Origin: Gammaproteobacteria bacterium
Lineage (GTDB): Bacteria > Pseudomonadota > Gammaproteobacteria > SZUA-229
DNA: 55,894 nucleotides
Direction of reading: 5' to 3'
Assembly: GCA_024277705.1 (NCBI GenBank)
Contig: JAJRUQ010000013.1
Span: 1 to 55,894, forward strand
In this document: positions 9,056 through 19,159 of the stretch, one piece after another
Layout of the letters: each line of letters opens with the position of its first letter
How positions within the stretch are numbered: position 1 is the first letter of the stretch
Notes under the pieces: model-generated
What the model was told of the DNA's origin: nothing
Database searches by the model: none
Seen by the model: only the letters and a program-made list of their open reading frames with translations
Program-made: the position numbers and the translations under genes

Positions 9056-9274
9056 ATGCCAGAACAACTAACAATAGAAGAAAGACAGAAGCTGGAACAG
9101 CGTTTATATGAGCTGAAACAGGAGCATCGTGATCTTGATGATGTGATTAATCGCATATTGCATGCGCCTGATGTTGAAGAATTGCAGTTAAAGCGTTTTA
9201 AAAAGCGCAAGCTGATGCTAAAAGATACGATTGCCCGTATTGAAGACAATTTGATTCCGGATATTCTTGCCTGA
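9056..9274 (+). CDS. DUF465 / YdcH-family small coiled-coil protein
   Basis: EHRDLDD.I, LKRFKKRKL.LKD.I, PDILA. Confidence 0.85.
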   Translation: MPEQLTIEERQKLEQRLYELKQEHRDLDDVINRILHAPDVEELQLKRFKKRKLMLKDTIARIEDNLIPDILA

Positions 9275-9288
9275 TATAAAGTAATGAT

Positions 9289-9852
9289 ATGAAGTACTGT
9301 TCTGCCTGTGGAGAAAAAGTCAGTTTAAAAATACCTGCTGGTGATAACCGTCAGCGATATGTTTGTTTAAGCTGTGACATGATCCATTATGAGAATCCTA
9401 AAATTGTTACCGGTTGCATTGCACAGTGGCAGGGTAAAATCTTAATGTGCAAGCGAGCCATTGAACCGCGTTATGGTTTATGGACATTACCCGCTGGTTT
9501 TATGGAAAATGAAGAAACAAATGTGCAGGGGGCAGCCAGAGAAACCGCCGAAGAGGCCAACGCTGAAGTAGAAAATATGCAGTTGTTCTGTGTTTTCAGT
9601 ATTGCCCATATTAATCAGGTGTATACCATGTATCGAGGCGATCTGGTTGCCGGACAGGCCAGTGCCGGTGATGAGAGCCTGGAGGTGGCGCTGCTGCAGG
9701 AAGATGAAGTTCCGTGGCAGGATATTGCCTTTCAGGTAATCAATGAAACCCTGAAATTATATTATCAGGATAAGAAAAACAGCAATTTCAAAACGCATTA
9801 CGGCGATATTATCAAACAGGCAGACAATTCATATAGCGTTAATTATTATTAA
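9289..9852 (+). CDS. Nudix hydrolase with N-terminal zinc ribbon
   Basis: MKYCSACG...CLSC..IHYENP; Nudix box GFMENEE...GAARETAEEA. Confidence 0.9.
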   Translation: MKYCSACGEKVSLKIPAGDNRQRYVCLSCDMIHYENPKIVTGCIAQWQGKILMCKRAIEPRYGLWTLPAGFMENEETNVQGAARETAEEANAEVENMQLFCVFSIAHINQVYTMYRGDLVAGQASAGDESLEVALLQEDEVPWQDIAFQVINETLKLYYQDKKNSNFKTHYGDIIKQADNSYSVNYY

Positions 9853-9876
9853 AAATCTACAGCCCATTTAAAATAT

Positions 9877-9957
9877 TTTTTTGCCGCGAAGAACGCAAAA
9901 GACGCAAAGAAAAACATTTATTGTTTGATTTGCTTTTCTTCGCGGCAAAAGTGTCTA
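9877..9957. repeat. Family A palindromic element, short copy
   Basis: Perfect 15-bp inverted repeat TTTTGCCGCGAAGAA (9879-9893) / TTCTTCGCGGCAAAA (9936-9950). Confidence 0.88.
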
Positions 9958-9963
9958 GCCACC

Positions 9964-10033
9964 GGGGTCGGAGTCATTTTTAAATGCTTACTAACGGTTA
10001 TGCTGTGTTAGTTATTAAATTGACTCCGACCCC
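9964..10033. repeat. Family B palindrome, second copy (70 bp)
   Basis: GGGGTCGGAGTCA...TGACTCCGACCCC; spacer nearly identical to the 2758 copy. Confidence 0.92.
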
Positions 10034-10071
10034 TGAATAAATAGCAAGCAGTGATTGCCGACAAAAAATAT

Positions 10072-10148
10072 GTTTTCTCGCGTCTTTTGCGTTATCGGTA
10101 ACTGCTCCTGCGTTATTCTACTTACGGGCGTCCCGCCCTGATTCGCGG
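10072..10148. repeat. Family A arm interrupted by a 47-bp GGA-hairpin module (10096-10142)
   Basis: Reverse complement of 10096-10142 matches 55662-55708 at 43 of 47 nt, at the same position within the A arm. Confidence 0.88.
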
Positions 10149-10225
10149 AGCATTTTTTAAGGTTTTTAAAGGTAAGCCAGGGCTCAATAACGGTAACAGC
10201 GATCATCTTCTTTGTGCAGGAAAAA

Positions 10226-12232
10226 TCAGAGCTTGCTTAATTGAATCTCGCCTTTAAAATTGATCTCATCTGCGGGTTTTAAATCAAGAACCAGCTGGTA
10301 AAAGCTTAATTCATTTTCCAGGGCCTGTTTAACAGTATCGGCATTTCTGAAGCCGTGCTGTTCACCGGCAAAATACTGCGCGGCGACCGGTACGGCTTTT
10401 TTATCAAGTGCGGTAAACATTTTTTCTGCCTGCTGTCTGGGTACAACACGATCCTCCTCACCCTGAAAAAAAATAACCGGACATTGCAGCATTTCGGTAT
10501 GGTTAATGGGTGAGCGCTGCCGGTATATGTCGGCAGCCTCAGGATAGGGGCCGATGAGACGATCAAGGTAATGAGATTCAAACTTATGGGTGTCACGAGC
10601 AAGGCTGGTTAATTCCGAGATGCCATAATAACTCGCGCCGGCAGAAAACACCTGTTCAAATGTCAGCGCGGACAAGACGGTAAAACCACCTGCGCTGCTG
10701 CCACGAATAATTAATTTTTCAGCATCGGCTAATCCCTGTGCCACCGCATAAAGTGCAGCATCGCAGCAGTCCTGTACGTCAAGTAAACCCCAGCGTTGTT
10801 CGAGTCGGCGGCGATAAGCGCGACCATAACCGGTGCTGCCGCTGTAGTTGACATCCAGAATAGCAAAACCGCGTGACGTCCAGAACTGTTTTTTGGGATC
10901 AAGAGCGGTGCCTGATTGCCCGGAAGGGCCGCCATGACACAGCACGATCAGCGGTGGTGGTGTTGACTGTTGCTGCCGGTATGCCGGGTTGAAGGGTGGG
11001 TAGTAATGGGCGTAAACCGGTTGCTGGTACCGGTTATTAAAAGTAATGTTCTGTGCGATAGAATAATAATCGTCAGCCAGCGACAGTTTACAGCTGCTTT
11101 GTATGGTGCTGGTTCGCAACGGATTTGTATCCGTGTCTTCTACGCTAGTGTTCAGGGTGGCTGAGTATAGCTGTGGAAACTGTCGGGGAGGGGCGGCGAT
11201 AAAGCTGAATTTGTTCTGACAGGCTGAAATTGAACTGAAGTTCTGCCATGGTGTATTGAGGTTATGTAATATTGTTTTTTGCTTTAATGGCAGTGTTGCG
11301 AGAAACGTTTCTCCGGCAGACTGGTAGCTGCAGATAATAGTGTTGTTGTCGAGAAAGGCATAACTGGATTGTGCAAACACCCATTGTGGCAGGCCGAATT
11401 CTTTTTCACCATGGCTGAGTTGCTGTACCTTGTTATTCAGGTAACGGTATAAATGCCACCAGCCGGTATCATCGGAAATAAAATACAAAATATCATCGAC
11501 GGACCATTGTGGCTGAAAGGTGGATATATCATTGCCCCCGGCAATACATTGCCGGTTTTTGAGCCGTTGTTCCGGTGCTGCCTCAGCATTGAAGTTTGCC
11601 AGCCATAGTTGATTACCATCCCATGGCATATTAGGATGGTTCCAGCTTTGCCAGCAAAGTTGTGTTGCGGTACTGTTCAAGCGAGGGCCGGCATAAAAAT
11701 CACAGCCCTGCAGTAGTGGTTGAATGTCACCATTGGCCAGATTAATACTGACGATGGAGTTAATAATACCATCGCTGTTATGCTGTTCACACACAGAGAT
11801 TAACTGAAAGTTTTTGTGATCAAAGATAAAATCAGCAAAACGTCGATTTTTATCGCTGGTGATTCTATCGATAGAATTACCTGAAATGCGGTAAATATCC
11901 TGGTCTGCATCATTAACAAAAAAAATAATATCGGCACCGCTTTCACTGCTGCCGATACAGTAACAGCCGCCACCGTATTCATGAACCCGTGACCTGGCAC
12001 TATAGGGGGCAGCGAGAATATCAGACTTGCCGTCATTATCCTGTTTGACAATAACGCAGCGACCAGCCTGTAAAGGCCTGCACTCGATAAAGTACAGAGC
12101 ATTTTTACTTAGTCTGCTTTCATCGATCGAGATACTGTCTCCGGTAATTAAATCGGTGCTGATATCCGAAGACCAGTTGCCATACGTTGATGGCGACTTG
12201 CTGTTGGGAATGTTTATCTCTGATTTTGCCAT
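10226..12232 (-). CDS. S9-family (prolyl oligopeptidase/acylaminoacyl) peptidase
   Basis: HGGP, GSTGYG, nucleophile GSSAGG, QGEEDRVV, EQHGFR. Confidence 0.92.
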   Translation of the reverse strand: MAKSEINIPNSKSPSTYGNWSSDISTDLITGDSISIDESRLSKNALYFIECRPLQAGRCVIVKQDNDGKSDILAAPYSARSRVHEYGGGCYCIGSSESGADIIFFVNDADQDIYRISGNSIDRITSDKNRRFADFIFDHKNFQLISVCEQHNSDGIINSIVSINLANGDIQPLLQGCDFYAGPRLNSTATQLCWQSWNHPNMPWDGNQLWLANFNAEAAPEQRLKNRQCIAGGNDISTFQPQWSVDDILYFISDDTGWWHLYRYLNNKVQQLSHGEKEFGLPQWVFAQSSYAFLDNNTIICSYQSAGETFLATLPLKQKTILHNLNTPWQNFSSISACQNKFSFIAAPPRQFPQLYSATLNTSVEDTDTNPLRTSTIQSSCKLSLADDYYSIAQNITFNNRYQQPVYAHYYPPFNPAYRQQQSTPPPLIVLCHGGPSGQSGTALDPKKQFWTSRGFAILDVNYSGSTGYGRAYRRRLEQRWGLLDVQDCCDAALYAVAQGLADAEKLIIRGSSAGGFTVLSALTFEQVFSAGASYYGISELTSLARDTHKFESHYLDRLIGPYPEAADIYRQRSPINHTEMLQCPVIFFQGEEDRVVPRQQAEKMFTALDKKAVPVAAQYFAGEQHGFRNADTVKQALENELSFYQLVLDLKPADEINFKGEIQLSKL

Positions 12233-12369
12233 GGCATTGTTTTATTGCGTGTGAAAAATAGAATATACTGAGGTTAAACGCTATTCTATAAAGTAAGACA
12301 GATGATTGCGACTCATGATGCTACTGGGTCATTGCCCTGAACGATAACCGCTAACGCCGGGAAAAGTAC

Positions 12370-15300
12370 GTGTTATTAGAATTTGCTGCATTACTGGTAG
12401 TAAGTGGTGTTTTACTGTTAGTTATTGGTATCTTTATTGCCCGGCAATACAGCCTGCGTGCAAAGCTGCTGACAGCTTTTTTAATTATTGTATTATCGTC
12501 TCTTGGTATTCTGGCTTATCTTGATCGTTATACCATGGGCGAAAGCCTGACGCAAAGTGCTAATAAATCCCTGAGTTCGGCAGCAGCAAATTATGCTGAA
12601 CGTATTGATCGCTTTAATCGCCAGAACTCACGGCACTTGCAGACAGAAGCCAGATTGCCGGTTATCTACCGGTTCCTGACACGTAATGCGCGAGCGCCAT
12701 ACAACCGGCAGGCTCTGCTTGAAATATTGCGCGTGATGGAATCCCGTCAGAAAGAATATATTACATCCTATGCCATATTAAATACCCGTGGCGTTAATCT
12801 TATAGATACCGTAACCGAAAATATCGGTGGTGATGAAAGTGCGCAGGAATATTTTACAGCGTTAATAGCTGACGGGCAGTTTATCAGTTTTCGTTCGCCG
12901 GTTATTTTTGAAGACGGACAAACGGTGGTGGTTTTTAGCAGTGCGATAAAAGACTTGTCAGGCAAGCTGGTTGGTGTATTGCGGGCGAAATACAGTGCAA
13001 ATGTTTATAGTTTGTTGTTTGACAGTAGCAAAGGTATGGTTGGCAGTGGATCATTTGCCACTTTGCTGGATGAAAATGGTTTACGTTTAGTGCATGGCCG
13101 GCGTCCGGATCTTAAATATACTTTTGCTGTAGGGCATGATGAATTGACCTTGCAACGACTGGTTCAGCAAAAACGTGCACCGAAAAGTGCCTCGACTGCA
13201 TTTGTGGAAAGTAAGCAGTGGCAGCAAAAGATATATTCATCCGGCATCCACTCGACAGTTATCGAAAACAGTTTTTACGGATTAGGCACAGCGGTTTTTT
13301 CTTCTGCGATTGTTGATCTGGAAACCATGCCATGGAAGATTCTGGTTTCACTGCCCCAGGATGTGTTTCTTGAGCCGGTTATTTCTCAGTCAAAAAATGC
13401 AGTACTACTGGTATTTGTTATCGTACTGATTGTTATTTTACTGGTGATGGCAAGCACGCAGTTATTGCTGGGTCCGGTTAAACGCTTAACTGCTGTAGTA
13501 AAAGAAATCGCATCAGGTGATTTAACGGTGAAAGCCACGGTTGAGGCCGATGATGAAATCGGTGGCCTGGCCTCGGCGTTTAATGAAATGACGCAAAATA
13601 TTAATACTTTAATTGTTGATCTGGAAAAAGAAGTTGGCAGTCATAAACTTACCGCTGAGAAATTAAATAAATTATCACAGGCAATAGAACAAAGTCCGAT
13701 ATCGGTGATGATAACGGATCTCGAAGGCACCATAGAATATGTTAACCCGCAGTTATGCAATATCACGGGTTATAAAGAAGAAGAATTGATTGGTCAGAAT
13801 CCCCGTATATTTAAATCCATGCATACTCATGAAGTGCAATATAGCAATATGTGGAACGCTATCACTGCCGGACAGTCGTGGCGAGGTGAACTTTATAACA
13901 GAAAGAAGAACGGAGATTTTTTCTGGGAGAACGTTACTATTTCACCAATCAAGAATAATGAAAATATCAATACCCATTACCTGGCGATTAAAGAAGATAT
14001 TTCCATGCGTAAGGAGTTTGAAGAGCGTTTATTGTATCAGGCAAGTTTTGACAAATTAACGGCACTGCCGAACCGTACCCTGGCATTCGACCGTATTCAG
14101 CAGGCGATTGCCAGTGCAGCGCAGGAGAAAAAAAATATTGCTTTGCTATATATGGACTTCGATCATTTTAAAAATATAAATGATACCCTGGGCCATGCTG
14201 CTGGTGATGAATTTTTACGCAAAATGGCCGGTCGTTTGCGTTCGTGTGTTAGAGATATTGATACCGTGGCACGTCTGGGTGGTGATGAATTTTTAATTAT
14301 GCTGGTTGATATTGACGATGGCAGTAGCGACGGCAGCAGCAGGCAGCAACAGAGTGCTGCTTTTGAAAAAAAGGTAAAGAGAAAAGCAAAAGAAATTTTA
14401 AAACGTATGTCACATCCCTGCCTTATTCATGAAATGGAATTTTCGGTAACCGCAAGTATCGGGGTGGCAATCTTCCCGCAGGATGGTGATGACCCGCATA
14501 TGTTATTAAAAAATGCGGATACCGCCATGTACCGTAGTAAACGCAAAGGCAGGAATACCTATCAAATCTTTACCCCGGAAATGGGTGACGTTGTGATGAA
14601 GCGGGTAGAAATTGATAATAAATTACGACGAGCCATGGAAAATGGCGATTTTTATGTGCAGTATCAGGCATTAATGAATGCCAAAACGCAGCGTATCGTG
14701 GGCGCTGAAGCATTGATTCGCTGGCAGGATGAAGCCTTGGGAGAAGTTCCACCGGAAACCTTTGTGCCGCTGGCAGAAGAAAGCGGTTTGATTGTAGAAA
14801 TTGGTGACTGGGTACTGGATACTGCTTTTGCCAATGTTAAGAAATGGCGCAAAAAAACCGGGTTTGAAAACTTTTATATTGCTATCAATCTGTCCAGCCG
14901 ACAGTTTAGAAGCAAGAGTATTGTTAAGGATATTGCTGAAAAACTTGAACGTTATGCACTGCCGGGTTCCAGTATTGAGCTGGAGATTACCGAGCGACTG
15001 TTGATGAAAGATGTTGCTCACGTAGTGGATATTCTTAATGCCTTTAAGGCCATGGGGATAAGATTATCAATTGATGATTTTGGTACCGGTTATTCTTCAT
15101 TAAGTTATTTAAAGCGTTTTCCGTTTGACGTTTTGAAAATTGATAAAGCATTTGTTTCAGATATTGGTGAGGATCCTGATAATACTGCTTTATGTGATGC
15201 CATTATTGCCATGGCGCACAGTTTGGGGTTGAGCATTATAGGTGAAGGGGTTGAAACAAAAGAACAGTTTAGTTTTTTACATGAACGGGGCGTTGAAATT

Positions 15301-15390
15301 ATCCAGGGTTATCTCATCTGTAAGCCGATGATTGATGAAGACTTCGAAAAAATCATGGCTGATTCAGACTGGCTGGAAGCCGCAAACTAA
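12370..15390 (+). CDS. Membrane sensor (Cache-like)-HAMP-PAS-GGDEF-EAL c-di-GMP enzyme
   Basis: TM segments, DEIGGLA HAMP, PAS (WRGELYNRKKNG), RLGGDEF, EALIRW, DDFGTGYSSL. Confidence 0.92.
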   Translation: MLLEFAALLVVSGVLLLVIGIFIARQYSLRAKLLTAFLIIVLSSLGILAYLDRYTMGESLTQSANKSLSSAAANYAERIDRFNRQNSRHLQTEARLPVIYRFLTRNARAPYNRQALLEILRVMESRQKEYITSYAILNTRGVNLIDTVTENIGGDESAQEYFTALIADGQFISFRSPVIFEDGQTVVVFSSAIKDLSGKLVGVLRAKYSANVYSLLFDSSKGMVGSGSFATLLDENGLRLVHGRRPDLKYTFAVGHDELTLQRLVQQKRAPKSASTAFVESKQWQQKIYSSGIHSTVIENSFYGLGTAVFSSAIVDLETMPWKILVSLPQDVFLEPVISQSKNAVLLVFVIVLIVILLVMASTQLLLGPVKRLTAVVKEIASGDLTVKATVEADDEIGGLASAFNEMTQNINTLIVDLEKEVGSHKLTAEKLNKLSQAIEQSPISVMITDLEGTIEYVNPQLCNITGYKEEELIGQNPRIFKSMHTHEVQYSNMWNAITAGQSWRGELYNRKKNGDFFWENVTISPIKNNENINTHYLAIKEDISMRKEFEERLLYQASFDKLTALPNRTLAFDRIQQAIASAAQEKKNIALLYMDFDHFKNINDTLGHAAGDEFLRKMAGRLRSCVRDIDTVARLGGDEFLIMLVDIDDGSSDGSSRQQQSAAFEKKVKRKAKEILKRMSHPCLIHEMEFSVTASIGVAIFPQDGDDPHMLLKNADTAMYRSKRKGRNTYQIFTPEMGDVVMKRVEIDNKLRRAMENGDFYVQYQALMNAKTQRIVGAEALIRWQDEALGEVPPETFVPLAEESGLIVEIGDWVLDTAFANVKKWRKKTGFENFYIAINLSSRQFRSKSIVKDIAEKLERYALPGSSIELEITERLLMKDVAHVVDILNAFKAMGIRLSIDDFGTGYSSLSYLKRFPFDVLKIDKAFVSDIGEDPDNTALCDAIIAMAHSLGLSIIGEGVETKEQFSFLHERGVEIIQGYLICKPMIDEDFEKIMADSDWLEAAN

Positions 15391-15400
15391 AGCCCTGTGT

Positions 15401-16675
15401 TTAACGCAGCTTTACCGGTGTTGAGTGCTGGTCAAAGTGACGTATCAGCCCCGGTAACATCAGTAACAGTAACAAGGTGATGGGCGATGTTGCGCCAAAT
15501 ACATCCGCAGCTGGAGTGTTATTGCTGTCGCCCGGAATAATAACCGCGGTACCGCTGCTTGAAAAATTAATGGTTTGCGTCTGGCCGGCAGTAATTGTAA
15601 TCACTTCATCATTGCCCGGATTGTCGCCCTGATAGGTAACGTCTGTTATCGGGTGCGGCGCGGTAAATGAGCGGTCGAGAACAGACAGTGCATACGGGCC
15701 GATACCGGAAGCGCCATTGAACTGCTGATTAATTGAATTGGCATGCAAGGTATAGTTTCCGGCGGGTAAAAACAGTTTGTAAAAACCCGTTCCCTGTTTC
15801 AGGTAATCCGAAACAACACTGACGTTTTCACCGCTAAAGGTGTTTTGTACCCAGATATTGGTACCCAAAACAGGGCTTGAATTATCACTGACAAAAACTC
15901 CCTGAAGAGTGCCAAAATCACTACTGAGTGTTGGCGAGGGATAAAGGGCAGAGACAGCGCTGATATCGTCAGCATGGAGTGAAGTGTTCTCGCGGCAGAC
16001 AAAAGGATACATTACCGGATAATTCGATGCATTGCTGGTGCTGCAGATACGGGGGAAACCAAAGTCGGATTCCTGATTGCTGATATTGCCCTGGCTATGG
16101 TCGAGGCCGATGAAATGTCCGATTTCGTGGCTGATCAGCAATTTGAATGTGCCTAGACTCAGGCCGATGTCCTTACCGTTAATAACGGCATAACCTTCAT
16201 CAAAATAACTGGAGTCGAGGGTCCATATGGAAGCGGCAAAACCGGCGGTGTAGTCGCTTTGTCCATCACCGAAATAAGCATCAATGATTTCGCCGTTATT
16301 ATCGTACACCAGCGGGTTTAGATTATCTTCGGCATTAAAAACAGTATTATCAACGCTGGGCAGATACGATTCGACATTGCTTGCATTGATATCCAGGTTA
16401 ATCGATGTGGTATTAATGGTCAGGTTGACCGAAGCAGAGTTGACCTGGTTCCATAAATTAAATGCATCCTGAACCAGCGTGTTGGCGGCAGCATTGGAGT
16501 ATTTGCCCAGTCGACCGTTTTCAACATGGATGGTTATGTTGGGATTTTGATAGCGTACCGGGGTATTACCGGTAGGGCCTTCCAGTACCAGCGGTCCGCC
16601 GGCAAAAGACGGGCTGGTGAACAGCAGCATGAAGGCGGTGCTTATCGCTTTAAAAAAAACTTGAGGGTTCATCAT
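15401..16675 (-). CDS. Secreted metzincin (matrixin-like) metalloprotease with C-terminal membrane anchor
   Basis: Signal peptide; HEIGHFIGLDH (HExxHxxGxxH); Met-turn PVMYP; C-terminal PITLLLLLMLPGLIRH. Confidence 0.8.
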   Translation of the reverse strand: MMNPQVFFKAISTAFMLLFTSPSFAGGPLVLEGPTGNTPVRYQNPNITIHVENGRLGKYSNAAANTLVQDAFNLWNQVNSASVNLTINTTSINLDINASNVESYLPSVDNTVFNAEDNLNPLVYDNNGEIIDAYFGDGQSDYTAGFAASIWTLDSSYFDEGYAVINGKDIGLSLGTFKLLISHEIGHFIGLDHSQGNISNQESDFGFPRICSTSNASNYPVMYPFVCRENTSLHADDISAVSALYPSPTLSSDFGTLQGVFVSDNSSPVLGTNIWVQNTFSGENVSVVSDYLKQGTGFYKLFLPAGNYTLHANSINQQFNGASGIGPYALSVLDRSFTAPHPITDVTYQGDNPGNDEVITITAGQTQTINFSSSGTAVIIPGDSNNTPAADVFGATSPITLLLLLMLPGLIRHFDQHSTPVKLR

Positions 16676-16699
16676 ATAATGTCAGTCAGGCTGTATTCT

Positions 16700-17290
16700 T
16701 TAACGGGTAATAAGTGCGCGTATGCTGTTAATGAAATCAGAAAGACTGGCCTGTGAAGCATTGCTGTTGCTAACCGCCAGTGGAACCAGTGCATTAGCGC
16801 CGGTTATTACATTGCTTGACTGTTGCGCCAACTGGTGGCCGTTGCTCACTATTAATTCACCATTGACCGTGGTTATCGCAAAGCTGCCCTGATGTAATCC
16901 CAGCGGGCTGCAAAAACCGAGAGAGGATTTTCCCGGTAGAAAAACCACGTATTTTTTGCCTACCTGATATTGTGGAATACCGTGTACGCGCAGCGTGGTT
17001 TTGCTGTTTTCCAGACGCCCGCCCAGTTGTTTAATGGTGTGTCGACGCTCACTGTTGCCCTTTATCAGTTCAATAACTTCAAATTCGGTAAAAGTGACAA
17101 TGCGGCCGCTTATTTCATCTTTTTTCACCTGATTACTGATCACTGCACCATAAAAAATCAGCGTTGCGCGACTTGAGAGTGTTTCCAGAGACAGCGGTAA
17201 CAGGCTGGTGGCTGCCGCAGGCAGGGTATAGAACAGCATTATTAAAAAGCTGAAAAGCAACGGATAAAGTTTGTTTGAACAGTGTTTCAT
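16700..17290 (-). CDS. Exported hypothetical protein, co-oriented with the metzincin
   Basis: 196 aa, signal peptide ending in AAA, beta-rich pattern; stop codon just upstream of the protease start. Confidence 0.75.
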   Translation of the reverse strand: MKHCSNKLYPLLFSFLIMLFYTLPAAATSLLPLSLETLSSRATLIFYGAVISNQVKKDEISGRIVTFTEFEVIELIKGNSERRHTIKQLGGRLENSKTTLRVHGIPQYQVGKKYVVFLPGKSSLGFCSPLGLHQGSFAITTVNGELIVSNGHQLAQQSSNVITGANALVPLAVSNSNASQASLSDFINSIRALITR

Positions 17291-17534
17291 AGGGACCGGG
17301 TAGTTAAATTAGCAGTAATTGACAGTTAATCAGTTTGACCCGTGGCAGAAATATTCGTTCAGCAGGGAATGGTTTAAACAGTGGTAAGTAAAGTATAGAG
17401 TATTAACTGGTGATTTTCTCCGCTTAAGAAGCGATCTATAAAAAAGCTTATGCGGTCACTGCTGTGCCGTTAACTTTGCACATCATTGATACAGGTTATT
17501 GCAATCTTTAATGTAAATAATTCTATTATAATCC

Positions 17535-17637
17535 GAGACATGAATGATCATTCGTTACGTCGACACGCTATAAACACGTCCCTGTGCGCTTGAATGCCGC
17601 CTACGGTTGCAGCAACGAATGACAATCCATGCTTCTC
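17535..17637. repeat. Imperfect intergenic palindrome enclosing a CANGGANG hairpin
   Basis: TCATTCGTT (17548-17556) pairs with AACGAATGA (17614-17622), with extended imperfect arms. Minus strand CAC-AGGGAC-GTG at 17586-17575. Confidence 0.6.
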
Positions 17638-17658
17638 AGCGTTAACGGAATAGTAATG

Positions 17659-18204
17659 TCATTCTGTGCATTCTGCTTTTCTTATCTGTCCGCTATTTAA
17701 CAGTTCTTCAGTAAAGCCGAATTTTTGCGGATCAGTCAGCCGTTGGGTATAGATAATACCATCCAGATGGTCGCATTCGTGTTGTATCACTCTGGCGAGG
17801 AAGCCCTCGGCTTCAGCCGCGAGTGGCGATCCCGTTACATCAAAGCCGGTATAGCGGATAGCGGTATAGCGGGAGACCAGGCCGCGCATGCCGGGAACGC
17901 TTAAGCAGCCCTCCCAGTCATCTTCTTTATGATTCTGTAACACGGTGATTTTCGGGTTGATCAGGATGGTTTCGGGTATTGCTGCCTTGTCGGCATAACG
18001 CGGGTTTACGTCAAAGCCAAAAACAACCACGCGCAGGGGGGCGCCAATTTGCGGAGCAGCGAGACCGGCACCGTCCTGTGCTGCCATGGTGTCAAACATG
18101 TCGCTTATTAATGTGTTAAGTTCCGGCGTATTAAAGTCATGCACCGGATGTGCGACCTGCAACAGCCGGGGGTCGCCCAGTCGTAAAATGCGTTGTATAG
18201 TCAT
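17659..18204 (-). CDS. def: Peptide deformylase
   Basis: [26 protein letters not shown]. Confidence 0.95.
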   Translation of the reverse strand: MTIQRILRLGDPRLLQVAHPVHDFNTPELNTLISDMFDTMAAQDGAGLAAPQIGAPLRVVVFGFDVNPRYADKAAIPETILINPKITVLQNHKEDDWEGCLSVPGMRGLVSRYTAIRYTGFDVTGSPLAAEAEGFLARVIQHECDHLDGIIYTQRLTDPQKFGFTEELLNSGQIRKAECTE

Positions 18205-18300
18205 GATTTTTTATGTGGTTATTTGAACTTGCCTGCTATGGTAAAATAGTGGCTTATATTAACTGTTTCGATGAAGTTTTTCCTTCATTATTAGAATGTT

Positions 18301-18705
18301 ATGGCCACATTAAGCACTGAACAAAACCTTATGCGTACTCAGAAAGTGATGAATGCACTTGATGACTGGGGACTGAGCGGCGAGCAAATTTTATTTTTGC
18401 TGGATTTTCCAAAAACTGAACGCAGTCGACATTTAGCCAAATACCGCAAAGATACACCTTTTCCAGAAGATGAAAATATTGGTTGCCGGGTAAAATTTTT
18501 GCTTGGTATTATTGATGCGTTACGTACTACCTACCCGAGAAATCTGCAAATGGGCGCACGCTGGATGAGTCAGCCGCATGTTCGTCTGAAAAACCGCTGT
18601 CCGCTACAGGCAATGCTGGAAGATGGGGAACAGGGAGTGGTTGCTGTGCTGTCCGAACTGGACTGTGCCTACGCCTGGGAATTAAGCGGTTCCAGGCTGA
18701 ATTAA
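18301..18705 (+). CDS. Xre/MbcA/ParS antitoxin C-terminal domain (DUF2384-like) protein
   Basis: W.L...; RWMSQPH..L..RCPL..ML..G..G...V pattern. Confidence 0.65.
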   Translation: MATLSTEQNLMRTQKVMNALDDWGLSGEQILFLLDFPKTERSRHLAKYRKDTPFPEDENIGCRVKFLLGIIDALRTTYPRNLQMGARWMSQPHVRLKNRCPLQAMLEDGEQGVVAVLSELDCAYAWELSGSRLN

Positions 18706-18815
18706 ATAAATTATTCCGGTGCAGGCCATTCCGGTAAGGGGCTGGCGGGTATTTATCGCTAGATATTAGCCGGCATCCGCTGCTGAGTGTTGCCTTGATG
18801 CCGGTGTGTAAACAA

Positions 18816-19136
18816 TCAGGATATTTTAATGTTACCAAACGGGCTTTGAGTCTGGATATTCACTACGATAGTTTCTTCCAGCGGTAGTTCATTGGCATCT
18901 ATGTGTGGTTGCAGTTGTTCGCAGATCTGCAGGATGGTGTTCATGCCCTGCCGGTTCGGGTCGTCTGCATCCAGCTTGTATATTTCATTAATCAGCGTCT
19001 TGATGAAGGCCTGAAAATTTTCTGATTGCTGCTGCAGGTTTAATATTCTGAAATCTGCTTTGAAATCCAGATGGATCTCACGTCCGCCGGTATCGTTATC
19101 TAAAATGCCAATGGTCAGTGGGCCGGATATTTCCAT
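18816..19136 (-). CDS. Conserved hypothetical protein
   Basis: 106 aa, GAGA RBS, just downstream of and co-oriented with djlA. Confidence 0.7.
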   Translation of the reverse strand: MEISGPLTIGILDNDTGGREIHLDFKADFRILNLQQQSENFQAFIKTLINEIYKLDADDPNRQGMNTILQICEQLQPHIDANELPLEETIVVNIQTQSPFGNIKIS

Positions 19137-19159
19137 AGTGTTCTCTATTGTTTTATTTT

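Noticed and set aside
12231-12249. Sigma54 promoter (TGGCA...TTGC) for the GGDEF-EAL gene
   Set aside because: GG-to-GC spacing is 12 nt, not the required 10.
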